Part shown: piece after piece, positions 11,234 to 21,411 of the stretch | Layout of the letters: the number at the start of each line of letters is the position of its first letter | How positions within the stretch are numbered: the stretch's first letter is position 1 | Assembly (NCBI GenBank): GCA_977020255.1 | Contig: CDROCS010000506.1 | Span: 124,001-188,000 of the forward strand | Length of the DNA stretch: 64,000 bases | Source of the DNA: Obrimoposthia wandeli | Taxonomy: Eukaryota | Reading direction: 5' to 3' | Made by a program: the position numbers and the translations under genes | Notes under the pieces: generated by a model | Database searches by the model: none | Told to the model about the DNA's origin: nothing | What the model saw: the letters and a program-made list of their open reading frames with translations, nothing else

Positions 11234-11800
11234 CTCGTTCCATCCTCCTAATGAATATGCACTTACAAGTACTCCAATAGGGTTATTTTTACATACTATT
11301 TAATCAGATAGTGATTATTAGGGATAATAATCAGGGATGAAAGGACAGGAATATTCAATAAAGCGAGTTCACTCACAGTTTACATGGTTATTGCTATTTT
11401 TTAACCAGTCAGACTCAAATGAAAAACAAAAACTTAACACACCTATGTACATTCACCATGGAAATGAGTGTGATCCTTTGACAAATATTTGATACCGCAA
11501 AGGTTAATATCGCCTCATCATAACGATTCGTTCGCGCCATCATTGAATACCCTATGAACACACTCGCTTATGGAGCGGTGAATGATACCGTAAATTATGA
11601 TTACCCCACTTTCCATAAAGTAATTTATATACTGAGACAACCTTAATATCTTTAAGGTTGTTAAGTGCTTGTAATTAAAGAAATTGCATATAATACAGGC
11701 ACTAATGACTATGTTACCGCATTGAAAACACAGCCATAAAGTGTTAGTTTAGCGCTATAATTTAATACCAATTTATTTTAATGGGATATTATCACTTTCA

Positions 11801-13465
11801 ATGAATTTATCTTTATTTCGCAAGCTAGTGCTCTTTATTACAATGCTTTTTTCTTGCCACGCCAACGCTCTGGATACCGTTAATCTGGATCTAAGATGGG
11901 ATCACCAATTTCAATTCGCCGGTTATTACGCCGCACTTGAGAAGGGTTATTACCAAGATGAAGGCATCAAAGTCAATTTGCGGGCTGGCTCTGCAAATAA
12001 AAATAATATTGACGAAGTTATTAGCGGCCGTACCGACTTTTCAGTTAGCAACAGCGAACTTATTCTTGCACGCTTGCAAGGTAAACCGGTTGTCGCGCTA
12101 TCAGCGCTATTCCAATACTCTCCAGAGATCTTACTTAGCTTAAAAAGCAGCGCTATTAATTCCCCCTCAGACCTAAAAAACAAGATAATTGCAACAAACA
12201 GTGGTCAACTAGAACCACATTTATTAACCATGTTAGAAATGCAGGGCGGCGCTCTAGGTAAATCCCTCTCAGTAATAAAAAAGTCTGATTTTGAGCTAGA
12301 TTCGCTCATTACAGGTAAGGTAGATGTGATAACGAGCTACTTAACCAACCAGCCTTATACGCTCAATAAAATGGGCATTGATTATAAAGTCATGGATCCG
12401 CAAGTATACGGTATTAATTTTTACAGTGATTTTCTATTTACCAGTGAACAATTCATTTCTAAAAACTATCGTTTGGTCGAGCGTTTTAAACGCGCTTCAT
12501 TACGAGGCTGGGAATATGCACTGGCAAACCCAGATGAAATTATTACTGTCATCTTAGCTAAATATCCCACCTCTAAATCTGCAGCAGCCCTGCGTTATGA
12601 AGCACAAATGATGGTCGCATTGATGCGTAATGATCTTGTCGAATTAGGTCATATAAACCCAGCACGCATTAACGCCATGGCAGAGTCAACGATTAAGTTC
12701 AGCGAGCAAAGCTATGACCTGACGACAATGGATGGTTTTCTTACCTCAACAGAAGATAAAAATATTCAACAGTTCCAATGGCGATTACGTTTTCTGCTCT
12801 TATTTTTCATTATTGCAGCCTGTATCATTGGCCTTTATTTTCGCTTGCATAAAAAATTGCGTCACGAAATCAAAGAACACCAATTGTTAGCGCATCAATT
12901 AAAGGCAGCAGTTAATACCGACCCGCTAAGCGGCATATATAATCGTCGTAAATTTGCCAAATGCTACAAGCACGAAACAGAGCGCTCACTACGCTATGGT
13001 GGTAAGTTCAGTATTGTCATGATCGACATCGATACCTTTAAGCAAACTAATGATACTTATGGTCATGAATTTGGTGATGAGGTAATTAAAAAAGTCGCGG
13101 GCATTCTTGCTGATGGCGTACGAGATATAGATACCTGTGCGCGCTACGGTGGCGAAGAATTCATCCTACTATTACCAAACACGGACGAATATGCATCTGG
13201 TATTCTAGCTGAACGGTTACGTAAAAATATAGAACGATACGTTTTCATTGCACCAAATGAGGATACGGTTACGAGCACGTGCTCATTCGGTGTCGCACAA
13301 TTCCAAAGCAATTTAGACCCTACATCCCGTTTTGTCACACAAAGCAGCCAGGATGAAGGCACCATTGCCTGTGCCGATAAAGCCTTGTATTTCGCCAAGA
13401 AAAATAGCCGGAATCGTGTTTGTTATTGGACTGAGATCGCTGAATCAGTGGATAAAATCGCATAA
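11801..13465 (+). CDS. Diguanylate cyclase with N-terminal NMT1/THI5-like periplasmic binding domain
   Basis: LRWDHQFQFAGYYAALEKGYY (NMT1/THI5-type), one TM, DPLSGIYNRR, RYGGEEF, I-site RDID. Confidence 0.9.
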   Translation: MNLSLFRKLVLFITMLFSCHANALDTVNLDLRWDHQFQFAGYYAALEKGYYQDEGIKVNLRAGSANKNNIDEVISGRTDFSVSNSELILARLQGKPVVALSALFQYSPEILLSLKSSAINSPSDLKNKIIATNSGQLEPHLLTMLEMQGGALGKSLSVIKKSDFELDSLITGKVDVITSYLTNQPYTLNKMGIDYKVMDPQVYGINFYSDFLFTSEQFISKNYRLVERFKRASLRGWEYALANPDEIITVILAKYPTSKSAAALRYEAQMMVALMRNDLVELGHINPARINAMAESTIKFSEQSYDLTTMDGFLTSTEDKNIQQFQWRLRFLLLFFIIAACIIGLYFRLHKKLRHEIKEHQLLAHQLKAAVNTDPLSGIYNRRKFAKCYKHETERSLRYGGKFSIVMIDIDTFKQTNDTYGHEFGDEVIKKVAGILADGVRDIDTCARYGGEEFILLLPNTDEYASGILAERLRKNIERYVFIAPNEDTVTSTCSFGVAQFQSNLDPTSRFVTQSSQDEGTIACADKALYFAKKNSRNRVCYWTEIAESVDKIA

Positions 13466-13620
13466 TTTAAAATGTTATCGTATAGAAATATTAACTTTTT
13501 AACGAAAGTTTGATGTGTAGCGTTGGTTTGGTCTATCTTAATGTGTAACATTCGACACTTGGGCCAGCATCTAGAATGCCTTGTGTTAGTCAGTGTTTAA
13601 TTTAATAAAGGATAGCAAGT

Positions 13621-14385
13621 TTGAATTTAATGTTCATTGAAATGGGTATTCTACTGTTTGTATTTTCAATGATTGTTTATGCAATTATCAGACAAACAAA
13701 AAAAATGATATCAACGAAAAAACGTAAAATTTTGTCGACATACTACAAACGTATAACAGACACCGAAGCGGTGTTAAAATATACCACACAGCTTTCTTTC
13801 AATACGCGTCTTATTATTCTATTACATGAACGTGTTATTTCATCACTGCATGCAGTTTTAGCCGTTGACCCTAAACATGAACATGTAAAAAACAATATAC
13901 ATCAGCATCGCAGTCGTATATCAACAGCGAAGATAACACCGCTAACAGGTATTTTTGTGGAACCTGCAGATGAACGCATCGCCATCGACTTGGCCCGCAG
14001 CATCTCTCGCGTTAAGGCTATATTACGTGATGAGTTAACAAACAAAAATATCACTTTAGAAGATTGCCTAGCTGAAGAAAAAAAGCTAGAACAGATACGT
14101 TTAAAATTACGACTGAGTAACTGCCTGGTTAAAGCAGAGCTATTCTTTAAGCAAGCGAAATACAGTATCACTGAAAAGATGTTAATCGATAATCTCGCGT
14201 TATTGGAATCGATTGAGGTGAAAGATGAATATCTCATCGACAAATTTAATAAGATGACGATTTTATTAAATAAAGCAAATTTTGAAGTGTCGCTGCTTGA
14301 ACTTCAAAAAGAATCAGAAGAAACAAAACCAGATAATCTTACCTCACTTGAGACCTTATTTGAGCAGCAACAGAAGCCGATGTAG
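13621..14385 (+). CDS. Conserved hypothetical protein, N-terminal TM plus helical/coiled-coil body
   Basis: 254-aa ORF with TTG start after AAGGA, N-terminal hydrophobic anchor and an LETLF C-terminal motif. Resembles a Vibrionaceae family often labelled 'DNA repair protein' without evidence (from memory). Confidence 0.7.
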   Translation: MNLMFIEMGILLFVFSMIVYAIIRQTKKMISTKKRKILSTYYKRITDTEAVLKYTTQLSFNTRLIILLHERVISSLHAVLAVDPKHEHVKNNIHQHRSRISTAKITPLTGIFVEPADERIAIDLARSISRVKAILRDELTNKNITLEDCLAEEKKLEQIRLKLRLSNCLVKAELFFKQAKYSITEKMLIDNLALLESIEVKDEYLIDKFNKMTILLNKANFEVSLLELQKESEETKPDNLTSLETLFEQQQKPM

Positions 14386-14407
14386 GTGTAGGTGTAGAAA
14401 TTAAAAT

Positions 14408-14447
14408 AAAAAGGCCCGTTATCTGCTTAAGATAACGGGCCTTTTTT
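14408..14447. terminator. Bidirectional intrinsic terminator
   Basis: AAAAAGGCCCGTTATCT-gctta-AGATAACGGGCCTTTTT, a perfect 17-bp stem. Confidence 0.92.
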
Positions 14448-14473
14448 AATAATAGTCTATTTAAAATAGGCTA

Positions 14474-15046
14474 TTATTTATCTGCACGACTCATAAATTT
14501 ATGGTCAGTCGTATTGATTTTAATTTTTTCGCCACTTGCGATGTATTCTGGCACTTGGATAGATAAACCAGTAGACATGATTGCAGGCTTAGTACGTGCA
14601 CTTGCAGAAGCACCTTTAATTGAAGGGTCAGTTTCAGCAATAACCATTTCAACAGCAGAAGGTAGTTCGATTGATACAGGCTTGCCATCTACGATTAGCA
14701 CTTGAAGACCTTGCGTGTCTTCTGTGATGAATAATAATTCATCTGCAATTGCCGCTTTGTCTAAGCTGTAAGGTGTGTAGTCTTCGGTATCCATGAATAC
14801 ATACTCTTCGCCATCAGCGTAAGAAAATATAACTTGGTTACGTGTAAGATCAGCTAGGTTAAGATTGTCGCCGTCTTTGAATACTTCATCAATTTTTGCA
14901 CCCGTTACTACATCGTACATGCGCATGCGGTAGATACTGCCACCAGCACGACCTTGTGGTACTGAGCGTTCGATATCACGGATGATGTATACGCCATTAT
15001 TATATTCAACAGCGGTATTCTTTTTAACTTCACTTGCCTTTGGCAT
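14474..15046 (-). CDS. yeiP: Elongation factor P-like protein EfpL/YeiP
   Basis: MPKASEVKK start, loop PQGRAGG (Arg tip), SASARTKPA and VPEYI motifs. Confidence 0.92.
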   Translation of the reverse strand: MPKASEVKKNTAVEYNNGVYIIRDIERSVPQGRAGGSIYRMRMYDVVTGAKIDEVFKDGDNLNLADLTRNQVIFSYADGEEYVFMDTEDYTPYSLDKAAIADELLFITEDTQGLQVLIVDGKPVSIELPSAVEMVIAETDPSIKGASASARTKPAIMSTGLSIQVPEYIASGEKIKINTTDHKFMSRADK

Positions 15047-15239
15047 TGTCGTTATTCCTAATAGTAAATAGTGTTATAGAAAATAGCATAAAGGCTAAAT
15101 CAGACCAAGTGCTGCAACAAGGAAGCGCCGACTTCTTCACCATTTTTAACCACTTTATTGTATTACTAAACAAATAAAGCGAATCCTGGTCGTCTTGACC
15201 AGCGATGTTCAAGCTTCTATTGCTGAGTCTGATACGCAA

Positions 15240-15863
15240 TTAACGATTCATCTTATAACTTAAACTGTGTTTTACCATCGGCCATTCATGATCTATGATT
15301 GAAAACACCACAGTATCGCGATAGAAACCATCTTTACCTTTTGTATGGTTACGCAGTACCCCATCCTGCTTCGCACCTAAACGCGCGATTGCAGCACGCG
15401 AAACATGATTATGCCAATGGGTGCGAAATTCTGTCGCGATTACATTTAACTGTTCAAACGCATGCTGTAATAACAGGTATTTACATTCGGTATTCGCGCC
15501 TGTTTTTTGATAGCGCTTCGCGTACCAGGTATAACCAATTTCGACACGGTCATTTTCAGGCGTTATATTACATAATCGTGTTGATCCAATAATGTCGCCC
15601 GAGTTATTATCCAATATGGCAAAAGGCAACGCTTTACCCAATGCATGATCATTCAAAGCTTTTTCGATATAACCGTCAATGGTGTCTACAGACGGCACAC
15701 TGGTGAACCATAAATCCCACAAGTGACCATCCGTTGCGGCGTCGATTAATGCACTCGCATGTTTTCGTTGCAACGGAATAAGCGTCACTTTACTACCAAC
15801 CAGTTTGGTTTCTTCTAACCACGTATGATGATCCATATTCAATATTCCTTCAAATTGTTCCAC
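15240..15863 (-). CDS. GNAT acetyltransferase (RimJ/RimL-like)
   Basis: IIGSTR, RVEIGYTWY, NHVSRAAIARLGAKQDGVLRNH and RDTVVFSII motifs. Confidence 0.88.
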   Translation of the reverse strand: MEQFEGILNMDHHTWLEETKLVGSKVTLIPLQRKHASALIDAATDGHLWDLWFTSVPSVDTIDGYIEKALNDHALGKALPFAILDNNSGDIIGSTRLCNITPENDRVEIGYTWYAKRYQKTGANTECKYLLLQHAFEQLNVIATEFRTHWHNHVSRAAIARLGAKQDGVLRNHTKGKDGFYRDTVVFSIIDHEWPMVKHSLSYKMNR

Positions 15864-16165
15864 AAGCGAACTGCCTTATAAATAAGGTAATACCAACGAC
15901 AAATAAACAGAAAAAAACAACATACCCACAAATAGGTAGTTAATCTACATTAACACTAGCCATCTAATTAATAAACATAGTATTTCAGAAAATATCGGAA
16001 TATATAAATAGGCTTTAACCATATTAACGTGTATGATTTTTTATGGATTTATTGTTAGCCTTTTGTCGCGATTTAAATGCCATTTACATAGTGAATGCAT
16101 TGACTTAAAGTGCTGTTACCAGTTTAAATAATAGATAAAATAGACTCGTTCTTCTAGGTTATATA

Positions 16166-17902
16166 ATGAAAAGAAATGTAATAAGTAAAAAATGGATGTA
16201 CTTCCCAATTGTCAGCATGTTGATTTCTACAATCATCGGGTTATTTATCTTCAATTTAACACTATCAAATTGGATAGAAGAAAAAATAGAAGCGGGTTTA
16301 GCAAGTGAGATCACGAGGATCACCCATAAATTGCAAGCTTCAGACTTGCCTTTTAACGATCTTGAAAAACTCGATATTTACATCAAAACAGACATCGAGT
16401 TAAGCCGTCAGAACCACATCACCTTAATTGCATTTGATGGCACAGTCTTAGCTGACAGTGATATTTCATTAGCTGAAGTCATGGATATTGATAATCACCT
16501 CAATCGTAAAGAAATTGTTGATGCTAAAAATAACGGTCATGGCACGACCACCCGTTTTAGTACCACCCGTTTTAAAGACTTACTTTATTCTGCCAACTCA
16601 TTCTCTTACAAAGGCGAAAACTATATTCTTCGTGTTGCGACCCCCTCAACGCGTATCGAATCGATGGCCAACGAATTAATGACTATTTTGTCACTATTAA
16701 TGACGATTAGTTTGGGCTTAGTGACTGCGTCAACATTGCTTAGCAGTAAGTTAATGAATCAACAAGTTCAACATGAAAAAGACTTACAAGAAAGTAAGAT
16801 TGAACAGCGCACCTTGGAAATTGAATTATTACGTCGCCTGACGAATATGCTCGCGGCCTGTAATTCGATTGATGAAGCGCAAATGATTGTCGAAGATATT
16901 ATTCCGCGCATCTTAGGCAATGTTAATGGTGTGGTATCACTGATTCGCTCATCTCGAAATCAACTATTAGTAAAACTGGACTGGGGCGGCGCTTGGCCTG
17001 GCAGTAAAACTTACGCACCTGAAGAATGTTGGGCACTGCGTAAAGGTAAATTCCACCTAGCGAATGATAAATATACCACGTTACCTTGCTCGCACATGGC
17101 AGAAGTGCAAACAGATTGCCCTGAAGCAAACCAAACACTGTGTATTCCACTTGTTGCGCACGGTAATACCATTGGTATGATGCACCTTTACTCTGGTGAC
17201 AAAGATCTAACCGATGAGACACAACAATTAGCCTTTACCGTTGCAGAGCATTTAGGCTTAGCCCTTGCTAACTTGAATATTCAAGAAAAACTGCGTGAAC
17301 AGGCGATTAGTGATCCACTTACTGGTTTATATAACCGTCGTTATTACGAAGAAACAATTAACCAAGAGCTAATGAGAGCCAAACGTAATAAACAAGAGTT
17401 GTCGTTGTTAATGCTCGATTTAGATCACTTCAAGTTGTTTAATGATAACTATGGTCATGACGCGGGCGATTACGTGCTTAAAACCATTGGTTCTCTGCTT
17501 ATTGAGTCGATGCGCGGTGAAGATACGATTTGTCGTCTTGGTGGTGAAGAGTTCATCATTATTTTACCAGAGACAGGCATTGAAGCAGCAAGAACAATTG
17601 CCAACGCACTATGTAAGTCTATCAATGGTTTACATTTAGCGATGAAAGATTTGTCATTAGGTAAACTCAGTGTATCGATTGGTATTTCGACTTATCCGAT
17701 TAATGGTATGCAGAAAGATGAATTAACCAAGCTTTCTGATGTGGCATTATATGAAGCGAAAGAACGTGGTCGTAATCAATCTTGTCACTACAGTGATTTA
17801 ATTATCATGGGTGATGACTTAGACCTAAAGACCATTAAGCCAACTGAAAAAGTGATTAAACAAGATGATAAAAATCTAGAAACACACGTGATAGATATCT
17901 AA
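16166..17902 (+). CDS. Diguanylate cyclase: TM-Cache-like sensor-TM-GAF-GGDEF
   Basis: DNHLNRKEIV...TRFSTT sensor segment; CWALRKG...LCIPLVAHGNTIG GAF; DPLTGLYNRR, RLGGEEF, I-site RGED. Confidence 0.9.
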   Translation: MKRNVISKKWMYFPIVSMLISTIIGLFIFNLTLSNWIEEKIEAGLASEITRITHKLQASDLPFNDLEKLDIYIKTDIELSRQNHITLIAFDGTVLADSDISLAEVMDIDNHLNRKEIVDAKNNGHGTTTRFSTTRFKDLLYSANSFSYKGENYILRVATPSTRIESMANELMTILSLLMTISLGLVTASTLLSSKLMNQQVQHEKDLQESKIEQRTLEIELLRRLTNMLAACNSIDEAQMIVEDIIPRILGNVNGVVSLIRSSRNQLLVKLDWGGAWPGSKTYAPEECWALRKGKFHLANDKYTTLPCSHMAEVQTDCPEANQTLCIPLVAHGNTIGMMHLYSGDKDLTDETQQLAFTVAEHLGLALANLNIQEKLREQAISDPLTGLYNRRYYEETINQELMRAKRNKQELSLLMLDLDHFKLFNDNYGHDAGDYVLKTIGSLLIESMRGEDTICRLGGEEFIIILPETGIEAARTIANALCKSINGLHLAMKDLSLGKLSVSIGISTYPINGMQKDELTKLSDVALYEAKERGRNQSCHYSDLIIMGDDLDLKTIKPTEKVIKQDDKNLETHVIDI

Positions 17903-17911
17903 TCTTGAAAT

Positions 17912-17930
17912 GGGGGCCTTCGGGCCCTTA
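17912..17930 (+). terminator. GC hairpin with cUUCGg tetraloop after the DGC gene
   Basis: GGGCC-TTCG-GGCCC followed by TT. Confidence 0.55.
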
Positions 17931-18146
17931 ATCCCCCGCTCACCAGTCATAGCCACTACCCCATCATATATGACCACCACGCATTACCTGCTAAAATTGT
18001 CCGCTAAAATTATCTCGCCAAAAAACATCAGTAGACGGCACTAGCCTATTTCTCTAATATGTTTATTTTATATCGTATTAACATATAGATATTATAATTA
18101 AAGCACCACAATGTGACTGCCAATTAATTTAATAAGGAATTTATTT

Positions 18147-19187
18147 ATGGGTCAAGAACGTCCTTCTATCTTTTATATCGACTTTCTTCGATTTATTGCA
18201 GCTTTTGCTGTAATAGCTATTCACGTACTGGGTCCTTTTCGCTTTCTATATGGCGATATACCGAATTCTGACTGGCTAGCCGCGAGTGGTATTAATAGTG
18301 TGACTCGCTGGGCAGTACCAGTGTTCATGATGATCACCGGCGCGTTATTATTATCCACAGAACGTGCTTTCAATTGTGAAGATTACTTAGTTAAGCGTCT
18401 ATCCAAAGTGGCAGTTCCTTTCATCGGTTGGACATTAATTTACGCTGTCATTGGCGGTTTTATGGTTAATGATTTAGTCACTAGCACTTGGTCTGTTAGC
18501 GAAACCATGAACATTATCTCTCGCGCGCCGAATGATCCTGTTTGGTATCATCTGTGGTTTTTCTATGACTTCATTCCCCTGTATTTTGTGATCCCTTTGC
18601 TTATTCCGCTATTGAAAAAAGCCACGCCTGAGTTAATCAAACTGTTGTTAGTCGCTTGGATGGTACTGTTTTCAATGAAGTGGCTAAAGGTTGATAGCTT
18701 TTTACAAGAAAACTTAATTTTGTATACTGGTTACTTAATTTTAGGTTGGTATTTGTTTAATCGAGATAACAAACCGCAGTTAAAATACTGGGTGATTGCA
18801 GGTATCAGCATGCTCGTATTTAACTTCTTCGGTACTTGGCAGTTAGCGATAGATACAGGTAAATACAGTAGTTTATTCATGGGTTATAAAACCCTTAATA
18901 CTGTTTTGATTGGTGGCATGCTGTTTGTATTGGCACAAACTTATGCCGATAATATTCAAGGCAAGTTAAGAGCCTTGGTACTCATTATTTCAAAATACAG
19001 CTTGGGTATTTACTTACTTCATCCACTGCTATTAATTCCGGTCAGACAGCTAGACAACGGCTTTTACAGTGCCTTTGGCAGCAACTGGTTAGCGATACCA
19101 GCAATAACGCTAGTGACGATGATACTTTCATTAATGTGTACGATGATGTTAGTTAAAATACCAGTGATAAGGCGCTTAGTACCGTGA
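18147..19187 (+). CDS. Acyltransferase-3 family membrane O-acyltransferase (WecH/YiaH-like)
   Basis: IDFLRFIAAFAVIAIH, RWAVPVFMMITG, YHLWF and SLGIYLLH motifs; multi-TM. Confidence 0.88.
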   Translation: MGQERPSIFYIDFLRFIAAFAVIAIHVLGPFRFLYGDIPNSDWLAASGINSVTRWAVPVFMMITGALLLSTERAFNCEDYLVKRLSKVAVPFIGWTLIYAVIGGFMVNDLVTSTWSVSETMNIISRAPNDPVWYHLWFFYDFIPLYFVIPLLIPLLKKATPELIKLLLVAWMVLFSMKWLKVDSFLQENLILYTGYLILGWYLFNRDNKPQLKYWVIAGISMLVFNFFGTWQLAIDTGKYSSLFMGYKTLNTVLIGGMLFVLAQTYADNIQGKLRALVLIISKYSLGIYLLHPLLLIPVRQLDNGFYSAFGSNWLAIPAITLVTMILSLMCTMMLVKIPVIRRLVP

Positions 19188-19208
19188 TCTTAGGCGATAT
19201 AGCTATGC

Positions 19209-19949
19209 TTGTTGATAGGAATAGACGTTTTGTCCATTGAATATATTTTAGGGATAGCGTCGTTCTTTACATCTGTGGTTGCTGGTGTGCTGGGGTTTGG
19301 TGGCGGCATGTTGCTGATTGCCCTGCTCCCGTTATATTTACACCCGAGCACGATCATTCCGATTCATGGTATTACTCAGCTAGCCAGTAACTCATCGCGT
19401 ATGCTTTTTTCCATTAAAGACGTGCAGTGGTCACTGTTACCTCAGTTTCTCGTTGGTTCCTTGGTCGGTACCATACTCTTTGGCTTATTACTGGTTAATA
19501 TCTCAAGCACTTATATCCCTATCGCCATTGGCACCTATATCCTGCTAAACCTATGGAGCACGCGCTTTGCGGCCTTCATTAAAAAATACGAGAGTTATTA
19601 TATCATTGGTTTATTACAGACAGGTTTAGGTCTTATCGTTGGTGCAACAGGACCAATAGCAACGAGTGTATTAACCAAACAACTCACTTGCAAGAACCAG
19701 ATAATAGCCACCAGCTCGATGTTCATGAGTATTAGTCACGTGGCTAAAATAGTAGTATTTGGCTTCATTGGATTTTCATTTTTTGCACACACAAGCTTAC
19801 TCATTTACATGGTACTAGGCTCAATCATCGGCTCATATGCGGGCACTAAATTACGTAGTCTCGCAAATAATAAACACTTATTATTCATCATTAAACTATT
19901 ACTGAGCCTATTAGCGATAAAAATGATTGCTGCGGTGATCACTCACTAA
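19209..19949 (+). CDS. TauE/SafE family (sulfite exporter-like) membrane protein
   Basis: GVLGFGGGMLL and GLIVGATGP motifs; about 8 TM. Confidence 0.85.
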   Translation: MLIGIDVLSIEYILGIASFFTSVVAGVLGFGGGMLLIALLPLYLHPSTIIPIHGITQLASNSSRMLFSIKDVQWSLLPQFLVGSLVGTILFGLLLVNISSTYIPIAIGTYILLNLWSTRFAAFIKKYESYYIIGLLQTGLGLIVGATGPIATSVLTKQLTCKNQIIATSSMFMSISHVAKIVVFGFIGFSFFAHTSLLIYMVLGSIIGSYAGTKLRSLANNKHLLFIIKLLLSLLAIKMIAAVITH

Positions 19950-19981
19950 CGAACAGGAAGTAACGTCAGCCTATTTCTTTA

Positions 19982-20437
19982 TTACGTTTCTTCGAAGTAC
20001 GCTAATCTCAATTTATTTAACACTAACCCTAAACCAACAATTACGCATGCTCCAATCAACACAGGGTTAAATAAGAATGCCCAGCTTTGACCGGTGAGCA
20101 TAATGAGCATTGGGTTAGCCCCAGCCGGTGGATGCGTTGTATTTGTTAGTAACATAACAGTAACCGCCAACCCAGTTGCAAGCGCCAGAGACCAAGGCGC
20201 TATGCCTACATATTCAACAAACAATACACCGATTAACGCCGTTAAGAAATGGCCAACAATTACATTTCGGGGCTGAGCAAGCGGACTTTTAGGCACTCCA
20301 AACACCAAGACAACGGTGGCACCAAAGGGCGCCATTAACCACAATGTTGAATTGGTAACACTGTCTAGATACGCCAAAATACCAATAGTCAGCGTTGCAA
20401 ATGCTCCAGCAATAATCGGAAAGACAAATTTATTCAT
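19982..20437 (-). CDS. HPP family membrane protein
   Basis: APFGATVVLVFGVPKSPLAQPRNV and THPPAGA motifs. Confidence 0.92.
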   Translation of the reverse strand: MNKFVFPIIAGAFATLTIGILAYLDSVTNSTLWLMAPFGATVVLVFGVPKSPLAQPRNVIVGHFLTALIGVLFVEYVGIAPWSLALATGLAVTVMLLTNTTHPPAGANPMLIMLTGQSWAFLFNPVLIGACVIVGLGLVLNKLRLAYFEET

Positions 20438-20453
20438 ACAACCTCCTCTCTAA

Positions 20454-20497
20454 GTAGACCACTCTGTCTACACACCATGGTAGACAGAGTGGTCTAC
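20454..20497. promoter_or_regulatory. Double TetR operator between divergent HPP and tetR genes
   Basis: Perfect 18-bp inverted repeat GTAGACCACTCTGTCTAC-acaccatg-GTAGACAGAGTGGTCTAC; each arm is itself a GTAGAC-N6-GTCTAC palindrome. Confidence 0.85.
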
Positions 20498-20532
20498 ATG
20501 TGTCAACATATTTCATAATTAAGGAGTTATTC

Positions 20533-21105
20533 ATGAATGAAAAAAAATTAATATTAATTCAAACGGCCTTATCGCTTTTTTATACTCATGGGATTAATTC
20601 TGTTGGTATTAATGAAATATTGAAGCAATCAGGTATCGCGAAGAAAACGCTATATAATCATTTTTCGAGTAAGGATGAGCTTGTCTTAGCCACTTTGATA
20701 TATCGAGATAACATTTTTAATCAATGGTTTAAGGCTACCCTTGATAGTGAAGTGTCAGGTGAAAAATCCATACTCGCAATGTTTAATGGGTTAGATGAAT
20801 GGTTTAATAACGCGGTGCCAGAACTGAGCCAATTTAGAGGTTGTTTCTTTATCAATACCGCGGCTGAATACAGTGTAGCCGACTCGCCAATACGTCAGTA
20901 TTGTCGTGCACATAAACAAGAAATAAGATCCTTCATAAAAAACAAAATTAGTTTATTTATAGACGATTCTGAAGAAGCTAACACGCTTACGGACATCATT
21001 TTCATGCTGAAAGAAGGGGCGATTGTTTCAGCGTTAGTCGAAGGAAATAACAATGCCGGAAAAGCATGTATCCCCGCTGTAACGAAACTGCTAAGTCTAA
21101 ACTGA
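20533..21105 (+). CDS. TetR/AcrR family transcriptional regulator
   Basis: HTH GINEILKQSGIAKKTLYNHFSSKDELV; FRGCFFINTAAEY; AAGGAG RBS before the ATG at 20533. Confidence 0.93.
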   Translation: MNEKKLILIQTALSLFYTHGINSVGINEILKQSGIAKKTLYNHFSSKDELVLATLIYRDNIFNQWFKATLDSEVSGEKSILAMFNGLDEWFNNAVPELSQFRGCFFINTAAEYSVADSPIRQYCRAHKQEIRSFIKNKISLFIDDSEEANTLTDIIFMLKEGAIVSALVEGNNNAGKACIPAVTKLLSLN

Positions 21106-21411
21106 CCACTCATACTCAATTTATAGTAACGTTAGCATCAATAATGCTATCTTCGAATTTGCAGACTAAGTCAGCAACAGCTTAAACACGACTCGCGACA
21201 TCAAGAATTCAACATTTCCAGGGGGATATCAGATGGTACACCTGAGCTTATTAAGAAGCAGTTGTCCTCACCAATTCCAACGGTAGAATGGCTCGAAGCA
21301 GAAGGATCGCGCCTAGAATTTTTGTTCGAGTTATGCTGAAATAATAATTAACCTCAATCACTTTCATAGTAGAATGCGGCAAAAGCTAAACCGTGATTTA
21401 AGGGATGAACA

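Noticed and set aside
11554-11646. 30-aa ORF in the DASS/DGC divergent spacer
   Set aside because: No RBS, motif or other support
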